From contig OZ244905.1 in assembly GCA_965221695.1 (NCBI GenBank), forward strand, positions 3,392,001 to 3,456,000: DNA of 64,000 nucleotides, in the 5' to 3' direction. Both the position numbers and the translations under genes were made by a program. The notes under the pieces are model-generated. The model was not told the origin of the DNA. It saw only the letters and a list, made by a program, of their open reading frames with translations, and did not search any database. Below, piece after piece: positions 9,880 through 19,637 of this stretch; the first letter of the stretch is position 1, and the number at the start of each line of letters is the position of its first letter. The stretch is from Gammaproteobacteria bacterium (lineage in GTDB: Bacteria > Pseudomonadota > Gammaproteobacteria > Eutrophobiales > Eutrophobiaceae).

Positions 9880-11508
9880 CTAACCCCTGTTGCGCGGCAT
9901 CAGGATATACGGCCAGGGGCTGGGCATGCCGGCGCTGGGCATTTCAATCAATACCGGGCCGGTCTCTTCGAATGCCGTTTGCAAGGCCTGGCGTAACTGT
10001 TCGGGTGTTTCCACGCGCAGGCCCAGGGCGCCGAAGCTCTCCGCAAAGCGTACGAAATTCGGATTGCACAGGTCCGAGCCGATGATGTTTCCGCCGAATT
10101 CCTCCTGCTGTGCCCGTTTTACGTTGCCGTAAGAGTCATTGTTGAAGACGATGTTGACCAGGTTCAGGCCGTATTTTACTGCGGTCGCCATTTCCGTTGC
10201 CTGGTACATGAAGCCGCCGTCACCGCCCAGCGCCACCACTTTTTTATCGGGATTGGCAGCTTGCACACCGAGTGCGGTCGCGTACCCATACCCCAGGTTC
10301 CCCTGGTAGCCGCTGCTGATGAATTGCCGCGGCCGGTAAACCGGAAACCCGTACCATGACGCATAACCGACCTGGGTGATCTCATCCACCAGGAAGCCAT
10401 CCTCCGGCAACTCCTCCCGGATCACCTTCAATATTTCCATTTGCGGTCCCAGCTTCTGTTCGTATTCCTTGAACGTCGCGTTTTTCAGGGCGGTCAGTTC
10501 CTGTTTGCGCGATGGCCTGGAACTATTGTGGCGCTCCAAGGCCACTGCCAGGTCGGCTAGCGCCCGCCCGGCGTCTGCAACAATGCCGATGTCCGGCTCG
10601 GTGACGGTTGTAATCTGCGCGGCATCAATATCGATACGGACGATTTTCAGTTCGTCATCAAGACCCCATAGCAGTTGCTGATCTCCCAGTCTCGTGCCCA
10701 CGGCCAGCGCCACATCTGCCGCGCCCCAGAGACGGTGTCCGGCGCTCCATGGCTGGCTCAGGTAATGGCGGTCGTCGATGATCCCCTTCCCGCTCCATAA
10801 GGTTGTGCAAGGCGCTTGCAGGATTTCTGCGACCCGGAGCAACTCTGCGCCGGCATCCACGCAGCCATGGCCGATTACAATCAACGGTTTCTTTGCGTTG
10901 CCGAGCAGGCGCGCGGCCGCCTCGATCTGGTCGGGGTCGGCCCCGGGAGGCTCCGGGGCAGGGGACGGCGCTAGCAGTTCCACGTCCTCTTGCAGGCCCA
11001 TGATGTCCGGCGCCATCTCCAGCGCGACCGGGCGCGCCCGCCCTGAGTGCATTTCCCGGAACGCCCGGTCAACCAGGCGCGGCGCATCTGCGGGTGTTTC
11101 TATTCGTTCCGCCCATTTCGTCAGGCTTTGCAGGATGCCTAGTTGATCCGGTATCTCGTGCAGTAATCCGACACCTTTGCCAATCCATTGCGACGGGATC
11201 TGACCGGCCACGCACAGTACCCGTTCATTGCACGCATACGCGGTGCACAGGGCCGAGCCGGTGTTCAGAATGCCCGGTCCGGGCACGACCGAATAGACAC
11301 CCACCTTGCCCGTGGACCTGGCATAGCCATACGCCATATACGCGACCCCCTGCTCATGGCGGGCATTGAAGACTTTGATCTCGTTCTGTTCGTTATAAAT
11401 GGCATCGAACAGGAAATAAGTCTGCCCCCCCGGCAGGCCAAAGACGGTATCAACGCCGTAGCCGCGTAGTGATTTGATAATGGCTTCAGCGCCGGTCATT
11501 TTACTCAT
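9880..11508 (-). CDS. Thiamine pyrophosphate-dependent enzyme (acetolactate synthase large subunit-like)
   Basis: 'VFGLPG', 'RHEQ', TPP-binding 'GDGGF...N..YG' motif; no small subunit adjacent. Confidence 0.88.
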   Translation of the reverse strand: MSKMTGAEAIIKSLRGYGVDTVFGLPGGQTYFLFDAIYNEQNEIKVFNARHEQGVAYMAYGYARSTGKVGVYSVVPGPGILNTGSALCTAYACNERVLCVAGQIPSQWIGKGVGLLHEIPDQLGILQSLTKWAERIETPADAPRLVDRAFREMHSGRARPVALEMAPDIMGLQEDVELLAPSPAPEPPGADPDQIEAAARLLGNAKKPLIVIGHGCVDAGAELLRVAEILQAPCTTLWSGKGIIDDRHYLSQPWSAGHRLWGAADVALAVGTRLGDQQLLWGLDDELKIVRIDIDAAQITTVTEPDIGIVADAGRALADLAVALERHNSSRPSRKQELTALKNATFKEYEQKLGPQMEILKVIREELPEDGFLVDEITQVGYASWYGFPVYRPRQFISSGYQGNLGYGYATALGVQAANPDKKVVALGGDGGFMYQATEMATAVKYGLNLVNIVFNNDSYGNVKRAQQEEFGGNIIGSDLCNPNFVRFAESFGALGLRVETPEQLRQALQTAFEETGPVLIEMPSAGMPSPWPYILMPRNRG

Positions 11509-11644
11509 TACATCTCTCTCTGATTATTTTGCGGGAGTGGTTTCAGGACACCCATACCATTTTATTAGGTGTTATGAAAAGGCGTTATAATACCTGAAAG
11601 CAGTAATTTCGCACTCTCTAGTTCACTCCAGCGGAGTTCCCCAG

Positions 11645-12511
11645 ATGGCAGTTGTATTGATCACCGGATGCAGCAGTGGTATCGGTAAAGTCAGCGCCCT
11701 GGCGTTTGCGCGTAAGGGTTATCACGTATTTGCGGGCGCGCGCAATCCGAACGACTGTGCCGCGTTAACGGTTATTTCCGAAAACGAGAGCCTGAAGCTG
11801 GAGGTCGTGCAACTCGACGTGACCGATGCGCAGGCAGTCAGCGACGCGGTGGCCCGCGCAATTGATGTCAGCGGTCGAATAGATGTACTGGTCAATAATG
11901 CCGGCATTGGCAGGCTTGCGGCGCTGGAAGATATGACAGATGGCGATATCGACCAGGTGATGCAGGTCAACTTCATTGCGCCTGTGCGCCTTTCCAGGGC
12001 GGCGCTGCCGGCCATGCGCGCGCAAGGCTATGGTCGTATCATCATGGTGTCTTCCCTGTCGGCGCTGGTCGGCTTGCCGGGGGAGACGATATATTGCGCG
12101 AGCAAGGCAGCCCTTGAGGCCATGGCCGAAGGACTGCGGCATGAAGTGGGATGTTTCAATATTGCCGTATCGGTGGTGGAACCGGGATCGTTCAATACGG
12201 CGATGCCGGGCAAGATCGCGCAGGGCGCCGTCTGTCCGCCGGATTCGCCTTACGCCCCCCTGCTGCAACACCTGCAGCAAGAGGCGGCAGCCGGTTCCGG
12301 CCACGGTGATGATCCGCAACGGGTCGCAGAGTTGCTGGTGCGCATTGCCGCAGAGGAGCATCCTGCGTTTCGTTACCCGGCAGGTGAGCAAGCCGAATCG
12401 GTGACGGAAACCCTGCGCGGCCTTGACGCAGATGCGCGGGAACGGTTTATCCGCGCCGTAAATAATACCAACTGGTGGTCGTCAGGGGAGCAAAACAAGG
12501 AGGCAGGGTAA
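11645..12511 (+). CDS. Classical SDR oxidoreductase
   Basis: 'TGCSSGIG', 'NNAG', 'YCASK'. Confidence 0.9.
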   Translation: MAVVLITGCSSGIGKVSALAFARKGYHVFAGARNPNDCAALTVISENESLKLEVVQLDVTDAQAVSDAVARAIDVSGRIDVLVNNAGIGRLAALEDMTDGDIDQVMQVNFIAPVRLSRAALPAMRAQGYGRIIMVSSLSALVGLPGETIYCASKAALEAMAEGLRHEVGCFNIAVSVVEPGSFNTAMPGKIAQGAVCPPDSPYAPLLQHLQQEAAAGSGHGDDPQRVAELLVRIAAEEHPAFRYPAGEQAESVTETLRGLDADARERFIRAVNNTNWWSSGEQNKEAG

Positions 12512-12527
12512 TGGTATGGGGAGCAGG

Positions 12528-13265
12528 TCAATGCCGCAGTATCTGCCCCAAAAATGTCTTGAGCCGTTCCGACGAAGGATTGCCGAAGAAATCTCCCGGA
12601 TTGTTTTGTTCGATGATACGGCCCTCGTCCATAAAGATTATGCGGTTCGCGACCTGGCGGGCGAAGCCCATTTCATGGGTGACGCATAACATGGTCATGC
12701 CGGATTCGGCCAGGCCGGTCATGGTTTCCAACACCTCGCCGATCATCTCCGGATCCAGCGCGGATGTGGGTTCATCGAACAGCATGATTTTCGGTTTCAT
12801 GCACAACGCCCGGGCGATGGCTACCCGCTGCTGCTGGCCACCGGACAACTGGGCCGGGAATTTTTGCGCGTAGTCACGCATTTTTACCTTGTCCAGGTAA
12901 TACATGGCCAGTTCCTGCGCGTCTTTTTCTGTAGTCTTCCGTACCCGCACCGGGGCCAGCGCCAGGTTTTCCATTACGGTAAGGTGGGGAAACAGGTTGA
13001 ACTGCTGGAATACCATGCCGACCTCTGCGCGCACGGCGCGCACGTCCCTGTTATCCGCCAGCGTTGTTGCCAGCACAGTCAGCGAGCCAGACTGGTAGTT
13101 CTCCAGCGCATTGATGCAGCGAATAAGCGTGGATTTGCCTGAACCGGATGGGCCGCAAATGACAATCTTCTCCCCGGCCTTGACCTGCAGAGTAATGTCC
13201 TTGAGAACATGGAACTCGCCGTACCACTTGTTCAAATTGTCGATTTGAATTATGTCGGAACTCAT
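12528..13265 (-). CDS. Polar amino acid ABC transporter ATP-binding protein (AapP/GlnQ-like)
   Basis: Walker A 'GPSGSGKS', '[10 protein letters not shown]', 'LSGGQQQR', '[11 protein letters not shown]'. Confidence 0.93.
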   Translation of the reverse strand: MSSDIIQIDNLNKWYGEFHVLKDITLQVKAGEKIVICGPSGSGKSTLIRCINALENYQSGSLTVLATTLADNRDVRAVRAEVGMVFQQFNLFPHLTVMENLALAPVRVRKTTEKDAQELAMYYLDKVKMRDYAQKFPAQLSGGQQQRVAIARALCMKPKIMLFDEPTSALDPEMIGEVLETMTGLAESGMTMLCVTHEMGFARQVANRIIFMDEGRIIEQNNPGDFFGNPSSERLKTFLGQILRH

Positions 13266-13381
13266 GGCTCAGAGGGTTTCGGCAGCATTCATCCGGAGGT
13301 CATGCTGGAATTTGCCCACCAGTTCAAACATGCTGTGCAGGCAACCTGAATTTGCTTAAGCAAGTATAGTAATACATTATA

Positions 13382-13532
13382 GGAACCTCTGATTAAGTCA
13401 GAGGTTCCTACGATACAAGGATGTATCGTCAAAATCAATGACTATAAGGCATTGATTTTGTGAGGAAAACAAAAATCGCATTTTTGTTTTTCGTACTCTG
13501 ACAAGTCCGGGATGGACTTGTTCAGAGTTTCC
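13382..13532. mobile_element. 151-bp five-hairpin MITE-like element, copy 1, IS5-like termini
   Basis: TATA|GGAACCTCTGATTAAG...CTTGTTCAGAGTTTCC|TATA; inverted near-identical copy at 22236-22385. Confidence 0.88.
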
Positions 13533-13575
13533 TATAGTTGTCGAAAATGTACGATTGCACGAGGTTAATTCAGTA

Positions 13576-15207
13576 ATGCGAAACAAGCTGAGTCATGTAT
13601 TTACCGGTTCATTATTGAGAACTGCCGGGGCGCCAATAATTTTATTATTCATGGTTGCCTGCAGCGAGCGGCAAGCACCGCCCAATATCGTGTTCATCAT
13701 GTCTGATGACCATGCATACAAGGCGATTAGCGCATATGGACATGGCTTGAATCATACTCCCAACATCGACCGGATTGCAAAAGAGGGGGCGATTTTCAAC
13801 AGGGGATTCGTTACCAATTCGATTTGCGCGCCCAGCCGGGCTGTCGTGCTCACCGGAAAACACAGTTTCGTCAATGGCAAAGTAGACAATATCCAGGCAT
13901 TTGACTGGGATCAGCCGAATTTTGCAAAACAGTTACAGGCAGCGGGATATCAAACTGCGCTGATAGGCAAGATACATCTGGACGGGCAACCGCAGGGATT
14001 TGATTATTCTGTGGTACTGCCGGGGCAGGGACATTATTACAATCCGGACTTTATTGAAAATGGTGTAACCAGGCGTATCAAAGGTTATATCACGTCAATT
14101 ACCACTCAACTGGCCCTGGACTGGTTGGAGAATAAACGAGACAGAGAAAAACCGTTCCTGTTACTGTACCAGCAAAAAGCGCCACACAGGAACCGGAAAC
14201 CGGAAGAAAAATATCTGACCTTGTTTGATGATAAAACCTTTAAACCACCGGCAAACTATTTCGATGATTATCGCCGGCGCGGGTCTGCGGCCAAACAACA
14301 GGAAATGCGTATAGATATCCATGCCAGGTGGGGGCATGACTTCAAAATGATCTTTGCGCCGGACGGGGAGGCTACGGACCTTAATGAAGAACTCGAAAGG
14401 TTTGATGACGATCAAAGAAATGCCTGGCTTGCTGCGTACGGCCCAAAAAATGAAGCTATGAAAAGGTTGAACCTGACAGGTTCTGAATTGTCGATCTGGA
14501 AGTTCAACCGCTACATGAAGGACTACCTCAGAACAGTGCGGTCGATTGATGACGGTGTAGGCGAAGTTCTGGATTACCTGGATGAAAACGGCCTTTCTGA
14601 AAATACGATTGTGATTTACACGTCCGACCAGGGGTACTACCTGGGCGAACACGGATGGTTTGACAAGCGATTCATGTATGAAGAATCCTTCAGGATACCG
14701 ATACTTATGCGTTACCCGAAGGAAATCAAGGCAGGCGCGCAAATTGATGAACTGGTTCAGAACCTGGATTTCGCCCCGACACTGCTGGATTACGCCGGAG
14801 TGAAACCAGCGGACGGGATTCAAGGCGAATCGTTAAGAAAAATCCTGAGCGGGGAATCATCAAACTGGCGGGATGCTGTTTATTACACCTATTATGAGTT
14901 CCCTTCGGTACACATGGTCAAACGGCATTACGGAATAAGAACCAGCCGTTACAAGTTAATCCATTTTTACTATGACATCGATGAGTGGGAAATGTATGAC
15001 CTTGAAACAGACCCTGCGGAAATGAACAACGTATACGAGGATGAACACTATGCATCAGTGAGAGCGGCTATGCATCGAAAACTGGCAGAGATAAGGGAGA
15101 AATATGGCGATTCGGACGAATTGAATCAAATGCACCTGGAACGATACCTGAATGACACTTCTATGCACCATTATGAAGAATATATCCTCAAACACATCCG
15201 TGGATAA
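13576..15207 (+). CDS. Cys-type formylglycine sulfatase (S1), probable lipoprotein
   Basis: 'SDDH', 'NSICAPSRA' (CxPxR), 'GKIH', 'SDQG'; hydrophobic N-terminus ending 'MVAC'. Confidence 0.92.
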   Translation: MRNKLSHVFTGSLLRTAGAPIILLFMVACSERQAPPNIVFIMSDDHAYKAISAYGHGLNHTPNIDRIAKEGAIFNRGFVTNSICAPSRAVVLTGKHSFVNGKVDNIQAFDWDQPNFAKQLQAAGYQTALIGKIHLDGQPQGFDYSVVLPGQGHYYNPDFIENGVTRRIKGYITSITTQLALDWLENKRDREKPFLLLYQQKAPHRNRKPEEKYLTLFDDKTFKPPANYFDDYRRRGSAAKQQEMRIDIHARWGHDFKMIFAPDGEATDLNEELERFDDDQRNAWLAAYGPKNEAMKRLNLTGSELSIWKFNRYMKDYLRTVRSIDDGVGEVLDYLDENGLSENTIVIYTSDQGYYLGEHGWFDKRFMYEESFRIPILMRYPKEIKAGAQIDELVQNLDFAPTLLDYAGVKPADGIQGESLRKILSGESSNWRDAVYYTYYEFPSVHMVKRHYGIRTSRYKLIHFYYDIDEWEMYDLETDPAEMNNVYEDEHYASVRAAMHRKLAEIREKYGDSDELNQMHLERYLNDTSMHHYEEYILKHIRG

Positions 15208-15306
15208 GGACGTCCCGTTGCTTTCTTACAACATCCTTTAAATCCGCGCTCCCGAATGTAGCAGTAAATCAGGCACACCAACAAAAAACACGGAAAATTT
15301 TTCTGC

Positions 15307-15335
15307 TTGACAGAAAACTGTTTCAGCCTTAGATT
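15307..15335 (+). promoter_or_regulatory. Sigma70-type promoter for the TBDR operon with an operator-like dyad in the spacer
   Basis: TTGACA-17 bp-TAGATT; spacer contains GAAAACTGTTTC. Confidence 0.6.
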
Positions 15336-15442
15336 ATCGTAAGAATTCTCTTGTATTAATAAATAGTTGTCATTCCATCCGGTTTGATACGACGAAAAAA
15401 AATAACAAAGCATTGTTACGCGAGCCTTATATGGGGGTCCAA

Positions 15443-17941
15443 ATGAAACTTAAAACCTGTTTGTTTACGCTGCTCACCATCTCCATCGCAGTCCCTGTGT
15501 ATGCCCAGGGGACGCTGGAGGAAATTGTTGTCACCGCGCAACGCAGGGAGCAGAACCTGCAGGAAGTGCCGGTCAGTGTCACCGCGTTTACCGGCGCCAC
15601 GCTTGAGAACCTGAAGATCACCGAAGCTTCCCAGTATTTGCAGATGACCCCCAACGTCAGTTATACCGAGGATGGGCAGGTAGGCGCACGCGGCATCAGT
15701 GTCGCGATGCGCGGTGTCAGCAATATCAATACGGACGAGAGCGCATTTATACAGTCGATCGGCGTCTACCTTGATGAATTCAGTGTCTCGGCGGTGGCCA
15801 ATGCCACGCTCAACCCGCAACTGCTGGACTTGGAGCGGCTGGAAGTGCTGCGCGGCCCGCAGGGCACTTATTTCGGCCGCAACTCGGTAGGCGGGGCGCT
15901 GAATATCCAGACCCAACGGCCGACCGATGAATTCGGTTACAAGATCATCGCCGGCGGGCGCGGGTATGAGACCACCGGTTCCCAGTGGGATGTCGGCGCG
16001 ATCGTGAACATACCTTTCAGTGACAACTTCAAGGCCCGCGCCGTGCTTTATTACGAGGACAATTCCGGCATCGTCAAGAACATCGTCCCGGGTGGTGGCG
16101 ACAGTGGCCACGACTTCGTGATGGGGCGCATCAATGCCGAGTTCACCCCTTCGGATGCGACCACCATCAACGTGACCTTCATGCGCACGGATGAGGAGCA
16201 GGGCATGGATGAGACGGTGCCCTCCGGTGTCTGGGATACCGACTCGGTGGCCACCTTTGGTCTAAACCGGCCTGATGGTTCAACGTTCAGTTCGGCCCTG
16301 GATGACGGAACCGGCTTCTGGCCCCAGAACCGCGACAAGGCCGCACACACGGCGATCGGCGAGCGCAACGACAACAGTTCGACCATCAGTATTCTCAACA
16401 TCTCCCACCAACTGACCGATGAAATCACGATCAAGTCGATTACCGGCCGGATCGATACCACCAATGAAAAGGTGTTTGACAACGATCTGGTCCCTGAAGA
16501 CCTGGTGAGACGTTACCAGGAAAGAAATGCCGAGTCTTGGAGCACCGAGTTGCGGGTGGAATTTTCCAATGAGCAGTTCGACTGGATTACCGGTTTCTTG
16601 TACGCGGAGGACCGGGTGTCCCAAGACCCGTTGGACGGCGCGCCAGGTGGCGGTCTGGGAGTTGTTAACGGTGTGACCACTTCCGCAGATGGCGGCATAT
16701 CGCTTGATCCGGTGCCGAGCGGGGATCCCTCTGAATCGAGAATTGTGGATTTTGTCGGACAGCTACCTCCACTGTTTCTTTCGCAGAACACGCCAGACGG
16801 GCAACCGCCGCTTTGCCTGGGTTGCGCGCTGAGAAACAATAAAAACGACAGTTGGTCAATATTCTCCGATATCACCTGGCATGCGACGGAACAATTGGAC
16901 CTGACTGTCGGTTTCCGCTACACGGAAGACGATATCTCCGCGAGAACCGAGGAGATTAATTTGTTTCGCAGACCGAGAATCGCCGATATGCCGGTATTCA
17001 CCGCCGGCGATACCTTTGATGATTTCACGCCGCGTTTCTCCATCGGCTGGCAGGCAACCGACGATATGAGGCTGTATGGCACGGTCTCCAGAGGCTACAA
17101 GGCAGGGGGATATACACTCGATTTTGACGGAGCTGCGCCTAACATGGGTATAGTCAGAGAAAAGTTTGATAAAGAGACACTCTGGAACTATGAGATCGGC
17201 CTCAGGTCCGAATGGTTCGATCGCAGGGTGAGACTGAATATCTCCGGATTTTATCTTGAGTGGAGTGATATGCAACTGGAAACGTTTTTCTTCGCAGTAC
17301 CGGGTGACGCCACATCAAATGTGGCGAAAACCATAAACGTCGATAAGGCCGAGGCAAAAGGCTTCGAGTTGGAACTGGCGGCAGCCCCGGCGGAACGTTT
17401 CCTGATTACCGCGGGACTGGGCTACACCGATTCGGAGATAACCAGTGATAATACTGCCAGGATCAGCGGCAACCTGGACGTTTCCCTCAAGGATCACCGC
17501 TTGCCTCGTTCTCCCGAGTGGACCTGGAACATGGCTGCTGAATACAGTTGGCCTTGGGACGGCAATGAAATGTATATCCGCGGTGAGTGGATTTACCGGG
17601 ACAGCCAGTTTTCCACCATTGAGGACGTGACCTATCGCCAGACCAGCGGTGCGCCTGTACTCAGGGATACAACAATGCCTGCAGTTGGAGACAATGTTAT
17701 AGGAGTCATACCAGACCGTTCCGACGGTTTCCCGTTCCGCTCGCCGGATTACCACCTGGTTAACCTGCGCGCCGGCGCTGTTCTCAATCAAAACTGGGAG
17801 TTGAATGTCTACGTGAACAACCTGTTTGACGAAGAATATTACACCGGCACCGGCGAAAACTTCGGCCTGAGCGGCTTCCGCCTGCGCCCGCATCCCCGTT
17901 ATTTCGGTGGCAGCGTCAGCTACAGCTTCGGCGGTATCTGA
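15443..17941 (+). CDS. TonB-dependent receptor
   Basis: Signal peptide from MKLK, 'LEEIVVTAQRRE', 'RLEVLRGPQGTYFGRN', C-terminal 'VSYSF'. Confidence 0.93.
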   Translation: MKLKTCLFTLLTISIAVPVYAQGTLEEIVVTAQRREQNLQEVPVSVTAFTGATLENLKITEASQYLQMTPNVSYTEDGQVGARGISVAMRGVSNINTDESAFIQSIGVYLDEFSVSAVANATLNPQLLDLERLEVLRGPQGTYFGRNSVGGALNIQTQRPTDEFGYKIIAGGRGYETTGSQWDVGAIVNIPFSDNFKARAVLYYEDNSGIVKNIVPGGGDSGHDFVMGRINAEFTPSDATTINVTFMRTDEEQGMDETVPSGVWDTDSVATFGLNRPDGSTFSSALDDGTGFWPQNRDKAAHTAIGERNDNSSTISILNISHQLTDEITIKSITGRIDTTNEKVFDNDLVPEDLVRRYQERNAESWSTELRVEFSNEQFDWITGFLYAEDRVSQDPLDGAPGGGLGVVNGVTTSADGGISLDPVPSGDPSESRIVDFVGQLPPLFLSQNTPDGQPPLCLGCALRNNKNDSWSIFSDITWHATEQLDLTVGFRYTEDDISARTEEINLFRRPRIADMPVFTAGDTFDDFTPRFSIGWQATDDMRLYGTVSRGYKAGGYTLDFDGAAPNMGIVREKFDKETLWNYEIGLRSEWFDRRVRLNISGFYLEWSDMQLETFFFAVPGDATSNVAKTINVDKAEAKGFELELAAAPAERFLITAGLGYTDSEITSDNTARISGNLDVSLKDHRLPRSPEWTWNMAAEYSWPWDGNEMYIRGEWIYRDSQFSTIEDVTYRQTSGAPVLRDTTMPAVGDNVIGVIPDRSDGFPFRSPDYHLVNLRAGAVLNQNWELNVYVNNLFDEEYYTGTGENFGLSGFRLRPHPRYFGGSVSYSFGGI

Positions 17942-17965
17942 TTAACGGGTTATATCGTCTTTTCA

Positions 17966-17993
17966 CCCTTGCCGGAATGGCTTCCGGCAAGGG
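17966..17993 (+). terminator. Strong intergenic hairpin after the TBDR gene (terminator or mRNA-stabilising stem)
   Basis: CCCTTGCCGGAA-TGGC-TTCCGGCAAGGG, 12-bp perfect stem; no U-tract on the + strand. Confidence 0.55.
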
Positions 17994-18008
17994 CTGTAGG
18001 AGAAACCG

Positions 18009-18509
18009 GTGATACGGGTTGTCGCGCTAGCTATCCTCTTATTTTTGCCGCATACATTCAGTATCGCCGAGCAACCAGATGACATGAACACAGAGATAGA
18101 CCAACGCGCATTTGCGCTGGGTAGCTTGTCAGCCTTTGCCGAAATGGTCAGGGTCGGTGTCAAGACGTTGGCGTTAAGCGCTCCTCTCACGTCGGAAGAA
18201 ATGGACGATCTGGTGGCAGATGCAGAACACATTGCAAGGGAGGAGGGAGTATTGCTCTACCGCGAAGCGGACCTGATTGTCACCGACCTGTTCCCGGCTG
18301 ACGTGGCTGAGGGCAAGCACGTGTTGCTTATCTATAAGGGCGCGACACTGGAGACATACCTGGCCCTGAAAAAAAGGAAGTCCGAACTGATGGTCTCCGG
18401 TTCCTATGCGGGCGAGGCGCGCCGGGATATTGCCAGGCAATTCGGCAAGCTGCTCAGTTATCCCGACGCCAATATCGAAGAGCTGATAAACAAAAACCGG
18501 AACCCATAA
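18009..18509 (+). CDS. Secreted hypothetical protein
   Basis: AGGAG RBS, N-terminal signal peptide, in line with neighbouring genes. Confidence 0.75.
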   Translation: MIRVVALAILLFLPHTFSIAEQPDDMNTEIDQRAFALGSLSAFAEMVRVGVKTLALSAPLTSEEMDDLVADAEHIAREEGVLLYREADLIVTDLFPADVAEGKHVLLIYKGATLETYLALKKRKSELMVSGSYAGEARRDIARQFGKLLSYPDANIEELINKNRNP

Positions 18510-18592
18510 TTTTCCGGCAGATGGCGCATCCATTCAGATGACGCGTACATTCTCCATTCTAATGGCATCCCAGTCGGCGGCCTCTATGTTAA

Positions 18593-18621
18593 GCAACCTC
18601 TGATTAAATCTCAGAGCTTTC
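18593..18621. mobile_element. Degenerate short inverted-repeat element (29 bp)
   Basis: TTAA|GCAACCTCTGA-TTAAATC-TCAGAGCTTTC; no matching right flank. Confidence 0.65.
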
Positions 18622-18633
18622 TCTACTCAACCG

Positions 18634-19608
18634 ATGATTAATTGGAAGTGCGACGACCCGGCCAGGATCGGGGCCATCGGCGAATGCATGATCGAGAGCC
18701 GCGAGATAGAGTCAGCGTCAAGCTCTGCCCCCCGTACTCCCCGAACGTTTTCCGGTGATACGCTCAATATGTTGTGTTATATGGCAAGATTGCTGGACCG
18801 GGCCTACGCGGAACTGTTCTATATCACCGCAATAGGGATGGATGCCGCCAGCGCCGCGATGCTCGCGCACTGGGAGACGGAAGGAATCAATACCGCGCTC
18901 GTCAGGCGCTTACGTGACAGGTTGCCGGGCAGTTACACCATCGCGACCGGACGGGGAGGTGAACGCCGTTTCACCTATGACCGGGCTGAGTCCGCGGCGC
19001 GTGAACTGTTCTCAGATAATTATGCGGCAGATCTGTCGAAATCGCTGAAGGGGTTTACACTCTGCTACCTGTCCGGCATCTCGGTCGCGATCCTCCGTCC
19101 CGATGGCAGGGAGGCATTGTTGAACCTATTGCAGACATTACGCAGAGCCGGCGTGATAATCGTGTATGATCCGAATTACCGCGCAGCGTTGTGGGAGTCT
19201 GCCGGTGTAGCAAGGGACTGGGCCGGGCGCATATACGATGAAACAGATGTGGCCATGCCCGGTTTTGCGGATGAAAAAGCGCTGTTCGATGATGCCACGC
19301 CAGAGCATACATGTCACCGGCTGACCGGGCTGGGGATCGAGGAGGTGATAATGAAAAACGGTTCATTACCCTGCCTGGTTGCGACCGGGCAGGAAATTCG
19401 TCACTTTCCCGTGACGCGCCAGCCGCAGGTGGTCGATACCACGGCCGCGGGGGATTCGTTCAATGCCGGCTATATGTCAGCAAGATTGGTCGGCCGCGAT
19501 ATCGCCGCCTCAGTCCGGGCCGGGCAAATTCTGGCAAGCACGGTCGTGCAATACCCCGGCGCCATCATTCCCCGCGACGCGACCCCATCTCTGCATAGTA
19601 TTTGTTAA
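18634..19608 (+). CDS. kdgK: 2-dehydro-3-deoxygluconokinase (PfkB family)
   Basis: 'IGECMIE', 'GDTLN', 'YDPNYR', 'DTTAAGDSFNAG'. Confidence 0.82.
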   Translation: MINWKCDDPARIGAIGECMIESREIESASSSAPRTPRTFSGDTLNMLCYMARLLDRAYAELFYITAIGMDAASAAMLAHWETEGINTALVRRLRDRLPGSYTIATGRGGERRFTYDRAESAARELFSDNYAADLSKSLKGFTLCYLSGISVAILRPDGREALLNLLQTLRRAGVIIVYDPNYRAALWESAGVARDWAGRIYDETDVAMPGFADEKALFDDATPEHTCHRLTGLGIEEVIMKNGSLPCLVATGQEIRHFPVTRQPQVVDTTAAGDSFNAGYMSARLVGRDIAASVRAGQILASTVVQYPGAIIPRDATPSLHSIC

Positions 19609-19624
19609 GGAAACTCTGAACAGG
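19609..19624. repeat. Solo end of the MITE family directly after the kdgK stop codon
   Basis: TTAA|GGAAACTCTGAACAGG, 15/16 identical to the long-element terminus GGAAACTCTGAACAAG. Confidence 0.65.
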
Positions 19625-19637
19625 AGGCCTGAAAATC

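Noticed and set aside
13382-13532. CRISPR array or attC integron cassettes as an explanation of the palindromes
   Set aside because: No regularly spaced identical repeats with unique spacers, no cas or intI gene, and no RYYYAAC/GTTRRRY ends.
13398-13586. 62-aa ORF on the - strand
   Set aside because: Lies largely within the MITE and overlaps the sulfatase start; probably spurious.
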